Shown piece after piece: positions 10,079-19,002 of a DNA stretch of 64,000 nucleotides. Every line of letters starts with the position of its first letter. Within the stretch, counting starts at the first letter, position 1. A model generated the notes under the pieces. It was not told the origin of the DNA, ran no database searches, and saw only the letters and a list, made by a program, of their open reading frames with translations. Source of the DNA: Candidatus Nanopelagicales bacterium. GTDB taxonomy: Bacteria > Actinomycetota > Actinomycetes > S36-B12. The stretch is taken from assembly GCA_009694585.1 (NCBI GenBank), contig SHUQ01000001.1, positions 7,815 to 71,814 of the forward strand, in the 5' to 3' direction. A program made the translations under genes and the position numbers.

Positions 10079-11014
10079 GTGCGATCACCGGAGTCGTTGT
10101 ACACGATTCACCAAGAGCCAATTGAGGTGGATCGACCGGTGCTCGTCTATGCATTCTCCGGATTTGTTGATGCAGGCGGCGGGGTGCGCCTTGCTGCTGC
10201 GCATATCTTGGAGACGTGTGAACACACGTTGATTGCGTCATTTGATATTGACGAGATCCTTGACTACCGTGCCCGCCGGCCGCGGATGTCTTATGTTGTA
10301 GATCATTTCGCATCGGTTGACATGCCGCAGGTGACCCTCCATGAGGTTACCTGCGCGAACGGTGAGTCGTTCCTGCTGCTGGTTGGCCCCGAGCCCGATT
10401 ACCAATGGCAACGTTTCATCGCGGCAATCGAAGGTCTGGTTCGTCGCTTCGAGGTGCGACTCGCGGTCGGGCTTTCGGCAATACCTTGGCCGATTCCACA
10501 CACTCGACCACTTGCCGTGACGGTGCACGGTAATGAGCCGGCTCTCCTTAGCCCTTACGCCTCGGTACTCGGTGAAATCGAAGTTCCGGGCCACCTTGGT
10601 GCCATGCTCGAGCTACACCTAGGCCAGCAAGGAATCCCCTCTATGGGTATCACGGCGCAAGTGCCCCACTACCTGGTGCAGTTTGAGTTTCCGCGTGCGG
10701 CGCAGACCTTACTTAATGGAGTCGGTGCTCTTACGGGGCTGGTATTACCCACAACCGACCTACAGCCGGCGGCGGTACGTGCTGAGCGCGAGGTCGCGGA
10801 GCAACTAGACGGCAATGATGAATTTGCAACAGTTGTTGCCGCTCTCGAGCAGCAATACGACCAGCTAAATGCGATGCAGCAGGGAGCCGCGGGGGGTATA
10901 TCTGATTTAACTCCACAAGGTGGCGTACCTACCGGCGATGAGATTGCGGCACAAGTCGAAGAATTTTTGCAGAGCCTTGCAGAAGGCGATGAGCCGAAAG
11001 ATACAGACAACTAG
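10079..11014 (+). CDS. PAC2 (proteasome assembly chaperone 2-like) family protein
   Basis: 311 aa. The N-terminal pattern PVLVYAFSGFVDAGGGVRLAAAHI and the acidic C-terminal tail fit my recollection of actinobacterial PAC2-family proteins. Confidence 0.6.
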   Translation: MRSPESLYTIHQEPIEVDRPVLVYAFSGFVDAGGGVRLAAAHILETCEHTLIASFDIDEILDYRARRPRMSYVVDHFASVDMPQVTLHEVTCANGESFLLLVGPEPDYQWQRFIAAIEGLVRRFEVRLAVGLSAIPWPIPHTRPLAVTVHGNEPALLSPYASVLGEIEVPGHLGAMLELHLGQQGIPSMGITAQVPHYLVQFEFPRAAQTLLNGVGALTGLVLPTTDLQPAAVRAEREVAEQLDGNDEFATVVAALEQQYDQLNAMQQGAAGGISDLTPQGGVPTGDEIAAQVEEFLQSLAEGDEPKDTDN

Positions 11015-11020
11015 TCAACG

Positions 11021-12535
11021 CTAGTTGCAGACTTTACCATTCGTTGGTGCGACTCCGCTCAGAAGATAATTGTCGATTTCCCGGTCAATACATGGTGAAC
11101 CTGCACCGTATGCAGTGTGCCCGTCGCCTTCGAAAGTGATCAACGAACTTGTCGGCAACTGTTCGTGAAGTGCTACAGCCCACGGATACGGCGTGGCTGG
11201 ATCGAATCGAGTTCCGACCACCACGATGGGTGCGCTAGTGGTAGAGGTCACCGGTTCTGGCTGGCCAGCGAAGTTATTAAACCAAAAACTGCATGGTGAG
11301 TTTCCCCAGGACATTGCGCGCGCCAGCTCAGGCACCGGGGCATTCTTGGACCATGATTTTGCTGCGGCAGCCAGGCCCGTCCGGCCCGGTGTTTGGGGTG
11401 CGTCCAAGCAGGAAACCGCGTAGAAGGCTGAATTTTGATTGCTGCCGTAACGATTCTTCCCAATTCGATCGGCGGATTGGTCGGCAATCTGCTGTAGGGG
11501 CTCACCGTTACCGCGCTCTGCTTGCCCGAGTGCCGAGCGCAAGGTGCTCCAGAACTTCGGGGTGTACATACTCCAAAAGAAGGCGGTTACCGCTTGGGCT
11601 TGATTTAGGGGCTCGTAAGTACCGGTTGGCAGCGGGCGTTGATCAAGATTGGCGAGGAGACTATTGAAGCCATCTAGCACGTCTTGCTTATCGCCCGGGT
11701 AAGGGCAGTTACTGCGTTTGGTGCAATCGGCCGCAAAGCGCACCAGAGCACCTTGAAACCCGGCCGATTGTCCTTGCGAGATCTGCATACCATTTAAACT
11801 TGGATCAACCGCGCCATCTAGCACCATGCGGCCGACATGGCTTGGGAACTCTTGGGCGTACAACGCCCCTAATGTGGTGCCGTATGAGAAGCCCAGCAGG
11901 TTCAGTTTTTCATCACCAAGTGCTGCCCGCATGATGTCAAGATCGCGCACGGTATTAGCTGTTGAAATGAATGGAGCAATTTGTGGTGAATAGCGAAGGC
12001 ATCCAGAGCTGATTTCGCGAGCAAGCCGAAGCAGGGAGTTTTGCTCGCTGAGCGAATCTGGAGTTGGATCAAAGAGGAGCCAGCGGGTGGTCTGCGCGCC
12101 CGTCATGCAGGTAACCGGGGCCGATGCGGCCACGCCTCTTGGATCAAAGCCGACGATATCGAATTGGCTCGCAACTTGCGGTGCGACAATGCCAGCTACC
12201 AAACTTGCGAAATCGGTGCCGGCGCCACCTGGCCCGCCGGGGTTAACCACTAGTGACCCGGTGAAATCTGGCCCCGTATGCCGTACCCGTGAGAGCGCAA
12301 TTTGGATGTCCCCGGCGGCCGGATTGGCATAATCCTTGGGCACGATCAACTTGGTGCATTGCCGGCCACCGGAGCAGGTGGTCCAGGTGAGGGGTTGTTC
12401 GGTATATCTTGCGAGGTCAGCGGCGGCCGCCGGGCTCAAGCCAGCAACTACAGCTGTTAAGCAGGTTGCCAGCGTAGCCAATGGGACAATCCGCCGGCGC
12501 CAGTGTTGATGCATCACCTCAGCACCGTACGTCAT
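11021..12535 (-). CDS. Secreted alpha/beta hydrolase, tripeptidyl-aminopeptidase-like
   Basis: 504 aa with a signal peptide, the nucleophile elbow GFSYG and a TAP-like C-terminal region (FEGDGHTAYG). Confidence 0.8.
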   Translation of the reverse strand: MTYGAEVMHQHWRRRIVPLATLATCLTAVVAGLSPAAAADLARYTEQPLTWTTCSGGRQCTKLIVPKDYANPAAGDIQIALSRVRHTGPDFTGSLVVNPGGPGGAGTDFASLVAGIVAPQVASQFDIVGFDPRGVAASAPVTCMTGAQTTRWLLFDPTPDSLSEQNSLLRLAREISSGCLRYSPQIAPFISTANTVRDLDIMRAALGDEKLNLLGFSYGTTLGALYAQEFPSHVGRMVLDGAVDPSLNGMQISQGQSAGFQGALVRFAADCTKRSNCPYPGDKQDVLDGFNSLLANLDQRPLPTGTYEPLNQAQAVTAFFWSMYTPKFWSTLRSALGQAERGNGEPLQQIADQSADRIGKNRYGSNQNSAFYAVSCLDAPQTPGRTGLAAAAKSWSKNAPVPELARAMSWGNSPCSFWFNNFAGQPEPVTSTTSAPIVVVGTRFDPATPYPWAVALHEQLPTSSLITFEGDGHTAYGAGSPCIDREIDNYLLSGVAPTNGKVCN

Positions 12536-12632
12536 GACGGCCGATTGGACGTATTAGCGGTCCCGAATCACTCGATCTTGGTGGGCATGGGAGGCTGTGG
12601 GGGCTTGACAGTCGTTCTTTGAAGGGAACTAA

Positions 12633-13655
12633 ATGGCCGGCAATGCCACTTTCCGCTATGCCGATACGGCAATTTTGGCGGTTGCTGTGGCTGAGGCGCC
12701 CATTGTCGTAACGTCTGACGAAATCGACAACCAACTACTTGACACGTACTCAAGAGTTGGGCTCAAGCCCGGGATGCTCGAGCGGCTCGCTGGCATATAT
12801 GAGCGACGCTGGTGGCCGTTAGATGTTACTTTTGCGGACGTGGCTGCCATGGCTGGTGCCAAGGCACTTGCGGATGCGGGCGTTGATCCAACCCAAGTCG
12901 GACTCCTCATCGATACTTCAGTGTGCCGTGATGCGCTGGAGCCGAGTGCCGCAGTTGATGTGCATGCGCAGTTGGGCCTTAGCTCATCATGTTTAAACTT
13001 TGACCTGTCCAATGCTTGTCTTGGATTCATTAACGGCATGCAGTTGGCGGCAATGTTCCTTGACTCTGGTCAGATTGACTATGCACTAATAGTCGATGGC
13101 GAAGGCAGTAGGCGACCACAAGAGTCAACGATCGCACGACTACAGCAACCCGATACCACCAAGGAAGACGTCCTTGCGAACTTCGCCACTCTTACCCTTG
13201 GGTCAGGGGGTGCGGCCATGGTTTTAGGTCGGGCCAGTGAGCATCCAGAAGGCCACCGGTTTGTCGGCGGAGTTTCGCGCGCAGCGACAGAGCACAACAA
13301 GCTCTGTGTGGGCGATATCAACGGAATGAGCACCGACGCTCGAGGTTTACTTGAGGCCGGGGTGGAACTTGCTAGCGCGGCATGGGCTGATGCTACCGAG
13401 GTCTTTGACTGGAAAGATCTCGATTGCTACATCATCCATCAGGTCTCGCAAGTTCATACGGCATCGATTGTTGACGCCCTTGGGATCGACAAGAGCAAAG
13501 TGCCGGTCACTTTTCCGACTCGCGGCAATGTCGGACCGGCCTCTGTTCCATTCACGTTGGCGCATTTTGCCGCTGATCTGGTTGCCGGCCAACGGGTTGC
13601 TTGCATGGGCATCGGCTCGGGCCTAAATGCGGCAGTCATCGAAATTGCTTGGTGA
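12633..13655 (+). CDS. oleA: OleA, FabH-like thiolase for head-to-head acyl-CoA condensation
   Basis: 340 aa, closely patterned on OleA as I recall it. Motifs: LEPSAAVDVHAQLGL, catalytic Cys in SNACLGFINGM, IDYALIVDGE, IHQVSQVHT, GNVGPASVPF, GIGSGLN. Followed by coupled oleBC and oleD. Confidence 0.85.
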   Translation: MAGNATFRYADTAILAVAVAEAPIVVTSDEIDNQLLDTYSRVGLKPGMLERLAGIYERRWWPLDVTFADVAAMAGAKALADAGVDPTQVGLLIDTSVCRDALEPSAAVDVHAQLGLSSSCLNFDLSNACLGFINGMQLAAMFLDSGQIDYALIVDGEGSRRPQESTIARLQQPDTTKEDVLANFATLTLGSGGAAMVLGRASEHPEGHRFVGGVSRAATEHNKLCVGDINGMSTDARGLLEAGVELASAAWADATEVFDWKDLDCYIIHQVSQVHTASIVDALGIDKSKVPVTFPTRGNVGPASVPFTLAHFAADLVAGQRVACMGIGSGLNAAVIEIAW

Positions 13656-16192
13656 ACCTAGTGGAGTCGGCCTCCTTGCCGCCGGCTGGTCTACCTGGCC
13701 TAGATCCATCTTGGTCGCGTCTAGCGAATGCCCCAGATCATTCCGGGAGAATTTGCACTTGGCATCTACTTGATTCGTACGCGCAGCGGTCAGGCGATGT
13801 CCCACGCCTAACTTTGGTTTGTGTTCATGGCAACCCGACTTGGTCGTATCTTTGGCGGCGCTTGGTTCAACTTGCTCCGGCCGATGTTCGCGTGGTGGCA
13901 ATGGACCAACTTGAGATGGGATTTTCTGAGCGCACCGGCGACACCCGCCGATTAGCAGACCGTGTTGCTGACCTGAGTTCACTGACCGAAGCACTTGGTA
14001 TTACCGGTCCGGTGGTGACGGTGGCCCATGATTGGGGCGGTCCAATTTCACTTGGTTGGGCGCAGCGCCATCTAGCGCAACTTGCCGGGGTGGTGCTCCT
14101 CAATACGGCGGTGCATCAACCAGTTGGTGGGCCAGCACCTGCCCTAATTCGACTAGCTCGCAGCGGCCCACTTTTGAATTTGAACACGGTGCACACGTCT
14201 GCATTTTTACGCGGCACGACTGCGTTAAGTGGGTCGAAAATGAGTAAGCAAACGGCCAAGGCCTTCCGGGCGCCGTATACGACTTCCCAGCGGCGCGTCG
14301 CTATTGGCGATTTCGTCGCCGATATTCCCTTAGAGACCGAGCACCCAAGTGCGAAGAAACTTGACTTGATAGCCGCCGACATGACCGAGTTTGAACAGGT
14401 GCCTATGTTGCTGCTTTGGGGGCCGGGTGATCCGGTATTTAGCGATCTTTATCTTGGTGACTTGATGACACGTGCCCCGCATGCTGATGTACATCGTTAT
14501 GAAGGTGCTAGGCATCTGGTAAGCGAAGACGATGAACGAGTTTTTCCCGATCTATTGCGGTGGGTTGCGAACCTAGCACTCGAGCAGCGAACTGGTTCAA
14601 ATCCAGGTGCTGGAATCGCCACGCAGCAGGTGCATCGAACCCGGCTCTGGGATGGGTTGCACGAGGCTGCTGAACGCACCCCGACTGGCGTCGCGATCGT
14701 CGAGATGTCGGGCGCTGGCCGCCGCGTCACCTGGCGCCGACTCGCCGACACCGTTGATCAATTGGCCGCCGGCCTGCACGCGAGCGGGGTTAACCCCGGT
14801 GACCGAGTGTCACTCCTCATCCCACCGGGTGCTGACTTAATTGCGGCGGTGTACGCCTGCTGGCGCATCGGTGCCGGTGTTGTCATTGCCGATGCTGGAC
14901 TAGGTATTAAGGGCATGCGTCGGGCAATTCGCGGTGCCGCGCCAGATCACGTTATCGCTATCAGATCTGGGCTGGCGCTGGCTAGAACGTTGCGTATTCC
15001 CGGTCTGCGTCTTTCGGTTAAGGGTTTGGCCGCGATCGCGCGAATTGATGCACCAATGCCGCCGGAGCCCTCGGAGTCCGCGACCGCGGTCATTGTTTTT
15101 ACCTCAGGGGCGACCGGCCCGGCTAAAGGCGTGGTCTACCGGCAATCTCAAGTAGCCGGCACCCGTGATGTGCTACGCGAGCATTATGTGATTAACCCGA
15201 GTGATGCCATCGTTGCCGCTTTTGCTCCGTGGGCGGTATTTGGACCAACGCTCGGGGTGGCGTCGGTCATCCCCGATATGGACGTCACCAAGCCACGGAC
15301 TTTGCAAGCCGTTGCGCTCGCCGAGGCAACGGCCGCTGTTGCCGGCACCTTGCTGTGGGCTTCGCCGGCGGCCCTAACAAATGTGATTGTTACCGCTGGA
15401 GCCCTGTCAGCGGAGCAGCGGCGGAGTTTTGATTCATTGCGCCTGGTTCTTGGTGCAGGAGCACCGGTGCCGCTGCCATTACTTGAACAGATACACGAGT
15501 TGGTGCCCCATGCTGATATCAGAACGCCCTACGGAATGACCGAGGTACTACCTGTTAGTGAAGTAAACCTGCCGGAAATCAGGGCAGCGGCGGGCGGTAA
15601 TGGGGTGCTAGTTGGTCGACCAGTTAATGGGGTCGAGGTTATGATCAGCGCCCTCGATGCGGATGGCAGGCCCGTCGGTGAACTTACCGACCAGAGCGAA
15701 GTGACGGGCGAAATATGTGTCAAGGCCGATCACATGCGTGATCGTTACGATCGGCTGTGGGCTACAAATTATTCGGCGTCCCGTGACTCAGGCTGGCATC
15801 GCACCGGCGACGTAGGCCATCTAGATTCCGATGGTCGGCTTTGGGTTGAAGGGCGTCTTGCACATTTAATTGTTACCGCAAGAGGCCCGGTGACCCCGGT
15901 GGGGATCGAACAGCGCGTTCAGCAATTGCCTTTTGTGCAGTGGGCAGCCGCTGTTGGGATCGGCCCTAGCGGCAATCAGTTGCCTATCGTGATCGTCACC
16001 TCAACTGATGGCACTGCTGAGGGGTTACTTGATGTCGATAGTACGCAAATGGTACGCGATCAGATACCCGAGCTTGATATTGCAGCTGTCTTGGTGCGAG
16101 ATGAGTTGCCAGTTGATATCCGACACAATTCGAAGATTGATCGCAAGGCACTGAGTTTTTGGGCGGATCAGATATTGGCAGGGCACCGCTGA
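13652..16192 (+). CDS. oleBC: Fused OleB (alpha/beta-hydrolase beta-lactone decarboxylase) and OleC (AMP-dependent beta-lactone synthetase)
   Basis: GTG 13652 overlaps the oleA TGA (GTGA). The N-terminal half has haloalkane-dehalogenase-like HGNPTWSYLWR and HDWGG. The C-terminal half has the adenylation motif FTSGATGPAKGV and TGD. Start codon choice is uncertain; the ORF track starts at 13601. Confidence 0.8.
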   Translation: MNLVESASLPPAGLPGLDPSWSRLANAPDHSGRICTWHLLDSYAQRSGDVPRLTLVCVHGNPTWSYLWRRLVQLAPADVRVVAMDQLEMGFSERTGDTRRLADRVADLSSLTEALGITGPVVTVAHDWGGPISLGWAQRHLAQLAGVVLLNTAVHQPVGGPAPALIRLARSGPLLNLNTVHTSAFLRGTTALSGSKMSKQTAKAFRAPYTTSQRRVAIGDFVADIPLETEHPSAKKLDLIAADMTEFEQVPMLLLWGPGDPVFSDLYLGDLMTRAPHADVHRYEGARHLVSEDDERVFPDLLRWVANLALEQRTGSNPGAGIATQQVHRTRLWDGLHEAAERTPTGVAIVEMSGAGRRVTWRRLADTVDQLAAGLHASGVNPGDRVSLLIPPGADLIAAVYACWRIGAGVVIADAGLGIKGMRRAIRGAAPDHVIAIRSGLALARTLRIPGLRLSVKGLAAIARIDAPMPPEPSESATAVIVFTSGATGPAKGVVYRQSQVAGTRDVLREHYVINPSDAIVAAFAPWAVFGPTLGVASVIPDMDVTKPRTLQAVALAEATAAVAGTLLWASPAALTNVIVTAGALSAEQRRSFDSLRLVLGAGAPVPLPLLEQIHELVPHADIRTPYGMTEVLPVSEVNLPEIRAAAGGNGVLVGRPVNGVEVMISALDADGRPVGELTDQSEVTGEICVKADHMRDRYDRLWATNYSASRDSGWHRTGDVGHLDSDGRLWVEGRLAHLIVTARGPVTPVGIEQRVQQLPFVQWAAAVGIGPSGNQLPIVIVTSTDGTAEGLLDVDSTQMVRDQIPELDIAAVLVRDELPVDIRHNSKIDRKALSFWADQILAGHR

Positions 16193-17172
16193 TGCGAGTC
16201 TTGGTTACCGGCGCGAGCGGGTTACTAGGTGCAGCGACCGCGCACGCGATCGCGAACCGGGGGCACGAAGTCGTGGTGTTTCAGCGTCGCGCAAGTGGTT
16301 TGCCATTCGACGAAGTTAGGGGAGACATTGGTGACGACGACGCGCTAACCCGTGTCATGGTCGGGGCCTCGGCTGTGGTGCATTTGGCAGCCAAAGTTTC
16401 GATTACCGGAACAATGGCGGAGTTTGAACGGGTAAATGTTGAAGGAACTCGGCGGGTTTTGCAGTCCGCGAAAGTGGCAGGTGCATCAAAGTTCGTCTAT
16501 GTGTCATCGCCATCGGTAGCCCATACCGGAGCTCCGATCATTGGTGCTGGTGCGCTGCCAGCTAACCCGCAGACGGCGCGCGGCCCGTATGCGAGCACGA
16601 AAGCGCAAGCCGAACTCCTAACACTGGCTCAAGATGAACCTGACTTTGCCGTCGTCGCAATTCGTCCGCATCTGGTCTGGGGGCCAGGTGATGAGCAACT
16701 CATTGGCCGCATCATTACTCGGGCGCGGGCCGGGCGGTTGTTCTTGATAGACCACGGGGTCGCGCTCATCGATACCACCTACATCGATAACGCGGCTTCG
16801 GCGCTGGTTGCCGCCGTTGAGCGGGCGGCTGAACCTTCGGTCCACGGCCGGGCATTTGTGGTGACAAATGGTGAGCCGCGAACAGTTGCGGAGCTACTAA
16901 CTCAAATCACGCGGGCCGCGGGCCTGCCTGCCCCAACGCGAAGTGTGCCTTTCGCCGCCGCTTACGGGGCCGGCCGGGTCGCCGAGCGGGTCTGGCAAAC
17001 CCGAGACTCCGAACCGCCGTTGACCGGATTCCTGGCCGAGCAATTGGCCACCGCCCACTGGTTTGACCAGCGTGAAACCCGTGCGGCATTGGCCTGGGTG
17101 CCGGCGGTGGGTTTGGCCGAGGGCTTTGGTCGGCTTACCAGCTGGTATCAGCGTGGCGCTGTGGCACTCTGA
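16192..17172 (+). CDS. oleD: OleD, NAD(P)H-dependent reductase (3-beta-HSD/epimerase family)
   Basis: ATG 16192 overlaps the oleBC stop by 1 nt. Begins MRVLVTGASGLLG (Rossmann GxxGxxG) and has the YASTK catalytic motif. Confidence 0.8.
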   Translation: MRVLVTGASGLLGAATAHAIANRGHEVVVFQRRASGLPFDEVRGDIGDDDALTRVMVGASAVVHLAAKVSITGTMAEFERVNVEGTRRVLQSAKVAGASKFVYVSSPSVAHTGAPIIGAGALPANPQTARGPYASTKAQAELLTLAQDEPDFAVVAIRPHLVWGPGDEQLIGRIITRARAGRLFLIDHGVALIDTTYIDNAASALVAAVERAAEPSVHGRAFVVTNGEPRTVAELLTQITRAAGLPAPTRSVPFAAAYGAGRVAERVWQTRDSEPPLTGFLAEQLATAHWFDQRETRAALAWVPAVGLAEGFGRLTSWYQRGAVAL

Positions 17173-17194
17173 CCGATTTTGCGCCTAATATTGA

Positions 17195-17229
17195 AAAGGC
17201 CCCTCAAAGTATGAGTTTGAGGGGCCTTT
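17195..17229. terminator. Bidirectional rho-independent terminator hairpin after oleD
   Basis: Perfect 14-bp stem aaaggcccctcaaa / tttgaggggccttt with a 7-nt loop, flanked by A/T runs, 23 nt after the oleD stop. Confidence 0.7.
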
Positions 17230-17709
17230 CCCTGAGGTCAGCTGCCTTCCGCCCGATTGCTCGGGGCGCCTGCGTTCTGTGCAGATCCGCCGCGCTCGAT
17301 CCCCGTTTCCGGTTCACCAGTCGATCCATTCCGACCTCTCACATCGCTTCCTGCAACCAACTCCGCCAGCACCCAGAGTTCCCGGAGGTCAAGCCTTCGG
17401 TTCGGCTGTCATTCTTCGATTTGACCTTCACCTTTCGGCTCAGTGGGTAATTTCTAACAGTTCACAAGTCAACACGCAAGTCAAATTCAAAAATATTTTT
17501 AAATATTATTTATTTGCCGCATCACGTTTAACATTGGTAACACAAGCACGTCTATCACCACTTATTTGACCTTGGATTCGGTTACCAGGGGTGGTGTTGG
17601 AGTAGTTAGGTCCTTTGTACTAAGGGCCTGATGCGCAAGACTGCGGATAAAAAAACCTTTACGCTGCAACGGATATCAGTGTTTCATTGTGGAGGTCATC
17701 GCGTGAAAG

Positions 17710-17883
17710 TTGCATGGGAAAGTCGCCATCGTCACCGGCGGGTAACAGGGGATGGGCGCAACCGACTGCATTTTCTTGGTAGCTGAAGGTGCGGAGGTTG
17801 TGGTCTGTGATGTTCTTGATGATCTAGGTGTGGATGTTGCGTCGCGAGTGTGTGATGTGTACCGGAACCGAGAGTGTCAATGA
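17710..17883 (+). pseudogene. Relic of a short-chain dehydrogenase/reductase gene (in-frame TAA, then truncated)
   Basis: Frame from TTG 17710 reads (M)HGKVAIVTGG*QGMGATDCIFLVAEGAEVVVCDVLDDLGVDVASR. This is the classic SDR TGGxxGxG Rossmann N-terminus, interrupted by TAA at 17743-17745. It ends after ~57 codons with no remainder of the enzyme. Confidence 0.5.
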
Positions 17884-18011
17884 CGGGGGGTCGACCGTCG
17901 GCTTGGCTTTGAAGGTGGCCACTAGCGCGGAGTAGCACTAGTCCGACGTGCCTTGCACATCTGACCCCTTTGGTATATGGTTGAATTATCAACTACCCTA
18001 GGGAGTCGTTC

Positions 18012-18974
18012 TTGCCAGCTGTGAGTGTTGCCGATGTTTTGGTGTTGCCACGTATTAGTGCACCTGATGTGACCGCAGTGGTGCGCCCGGTTAATCGCGT
18101 AGTCACCGCACTGGCCACTTTTGAGGGCGAAGGGTTTCCGGTTCGACGGCCCTTCCCGGGCCGCATGTCACTTCGTGACTCCGATCCGTTTTTGCTGCTG
18201 GATCAAATGGGTGCGGTCGAGTGGGGTGCGGGTGAGCCCAAAGGCACCCCTTGGCACCCACACCGCGGGTTTGAAACCGTCACTTACATAGTGGATGGCG
18301 CATTTGAACATCAGGACACTGCCGGCGGCGGTGGGCTCATCGCTGACGGCGCCACCCAGTGGATGACCGCTGGTTCGGGCCTGCTCCATATTGAAACTCC
18401 ACCGGAGGCCTTGGTCAGTTCTGGTGGGCTCTTTCACGGAGTGCAGCTATGGGTGAATTTGCCGGCGGCATTGAAGATGACGGCGCCTCGGTATCAAGAT
18501 ATTTCCGCGTCTTCGGTCGCTTTGGCGGCAAGCCACGACGGCGGCGCATTGGTTCGCATCATTGCCGGTGAGCTCGGTGGGATTTTTGGCCCTGGCATCA
18601 CTTGGACTCCAATTACCTATGCGCACGCGACCGTGCAGCCCGGGGCCAAAATTTCGCTCCCGTGGAACCGAAGTTTCAATGCCATGGTCTACGCCCTATC
18701 GGGTAAAGGTTTCGCCGGAGTTGAAAATGTCGAGTTTGGCGAAGGCCAGTTGGTCGACTTTGGCGCGGGTGATGCGATCACTTTCGCGGCTGATACCAAA
18801 CAGGATTCAAAGTCGCCGACCCTTGAAGTTCTCCTCCTCGGTGGCCAGCCGATTCGTGAGCCGATCGCGCACCATGGCCCGTTCGTGATGAATACCAAGG
18901 ACGAGATCATTACGGCTATGGAAGACTTCCAGTCAGGTCGGATGGGGCAGATTCCGGCGACCGCACGTCGCTAG
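18012..18974 (+). CDS. Pirin family protein
   Basis: 320 aa with the cupin metal motif HPHRGFETVTYIVDG and a second cupin half. Confidence 0.9.
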   Translation: MPAVSVADVLVLPRISAPDVTAVVRPVNRVVTALATFEGEGFPVRRPFPGRMSLRDSDPFLLLDQMGAVEWGAGEPKGTPWHPHRGFETVTYIVDGAFEHQDTAGGGGLIADGATQWMTAGSGLLHIETPPEALVSSGGLFHGVQLWVNLPAALKMTAPRYQDISASSVALAASHDGGALVRIIAGELGGIFGPGITWTPITYAHATVQPGAKISLPWNRSFNAMVYALSGKGFAGVENVEFGEGQLVDFGAGDAITFAADTKQDSKSPTLEVLLLGGQPIREPIAHHGPFVMNTKDEIITAMEDFQSGRMGQIPATARR

Positions 18975-19002
18975 TCATGGCCGATCTTCACCAGGAGGTT
19001 CA

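Noticed and set aside
17230-17450. Assigning the minus-strand stretch before the oleD terminator to RNase P RNA, tmRNA, SRP RNA or a riboswitch
   Set aside because: The hallmark motifs are absent: GAGGAAAGUCCGGGC-type P4, a tRNA-like 3' end, the SRP GGAA tetraloop helix, and the B12 box. No downstream gene exists for a riboswitch to control.
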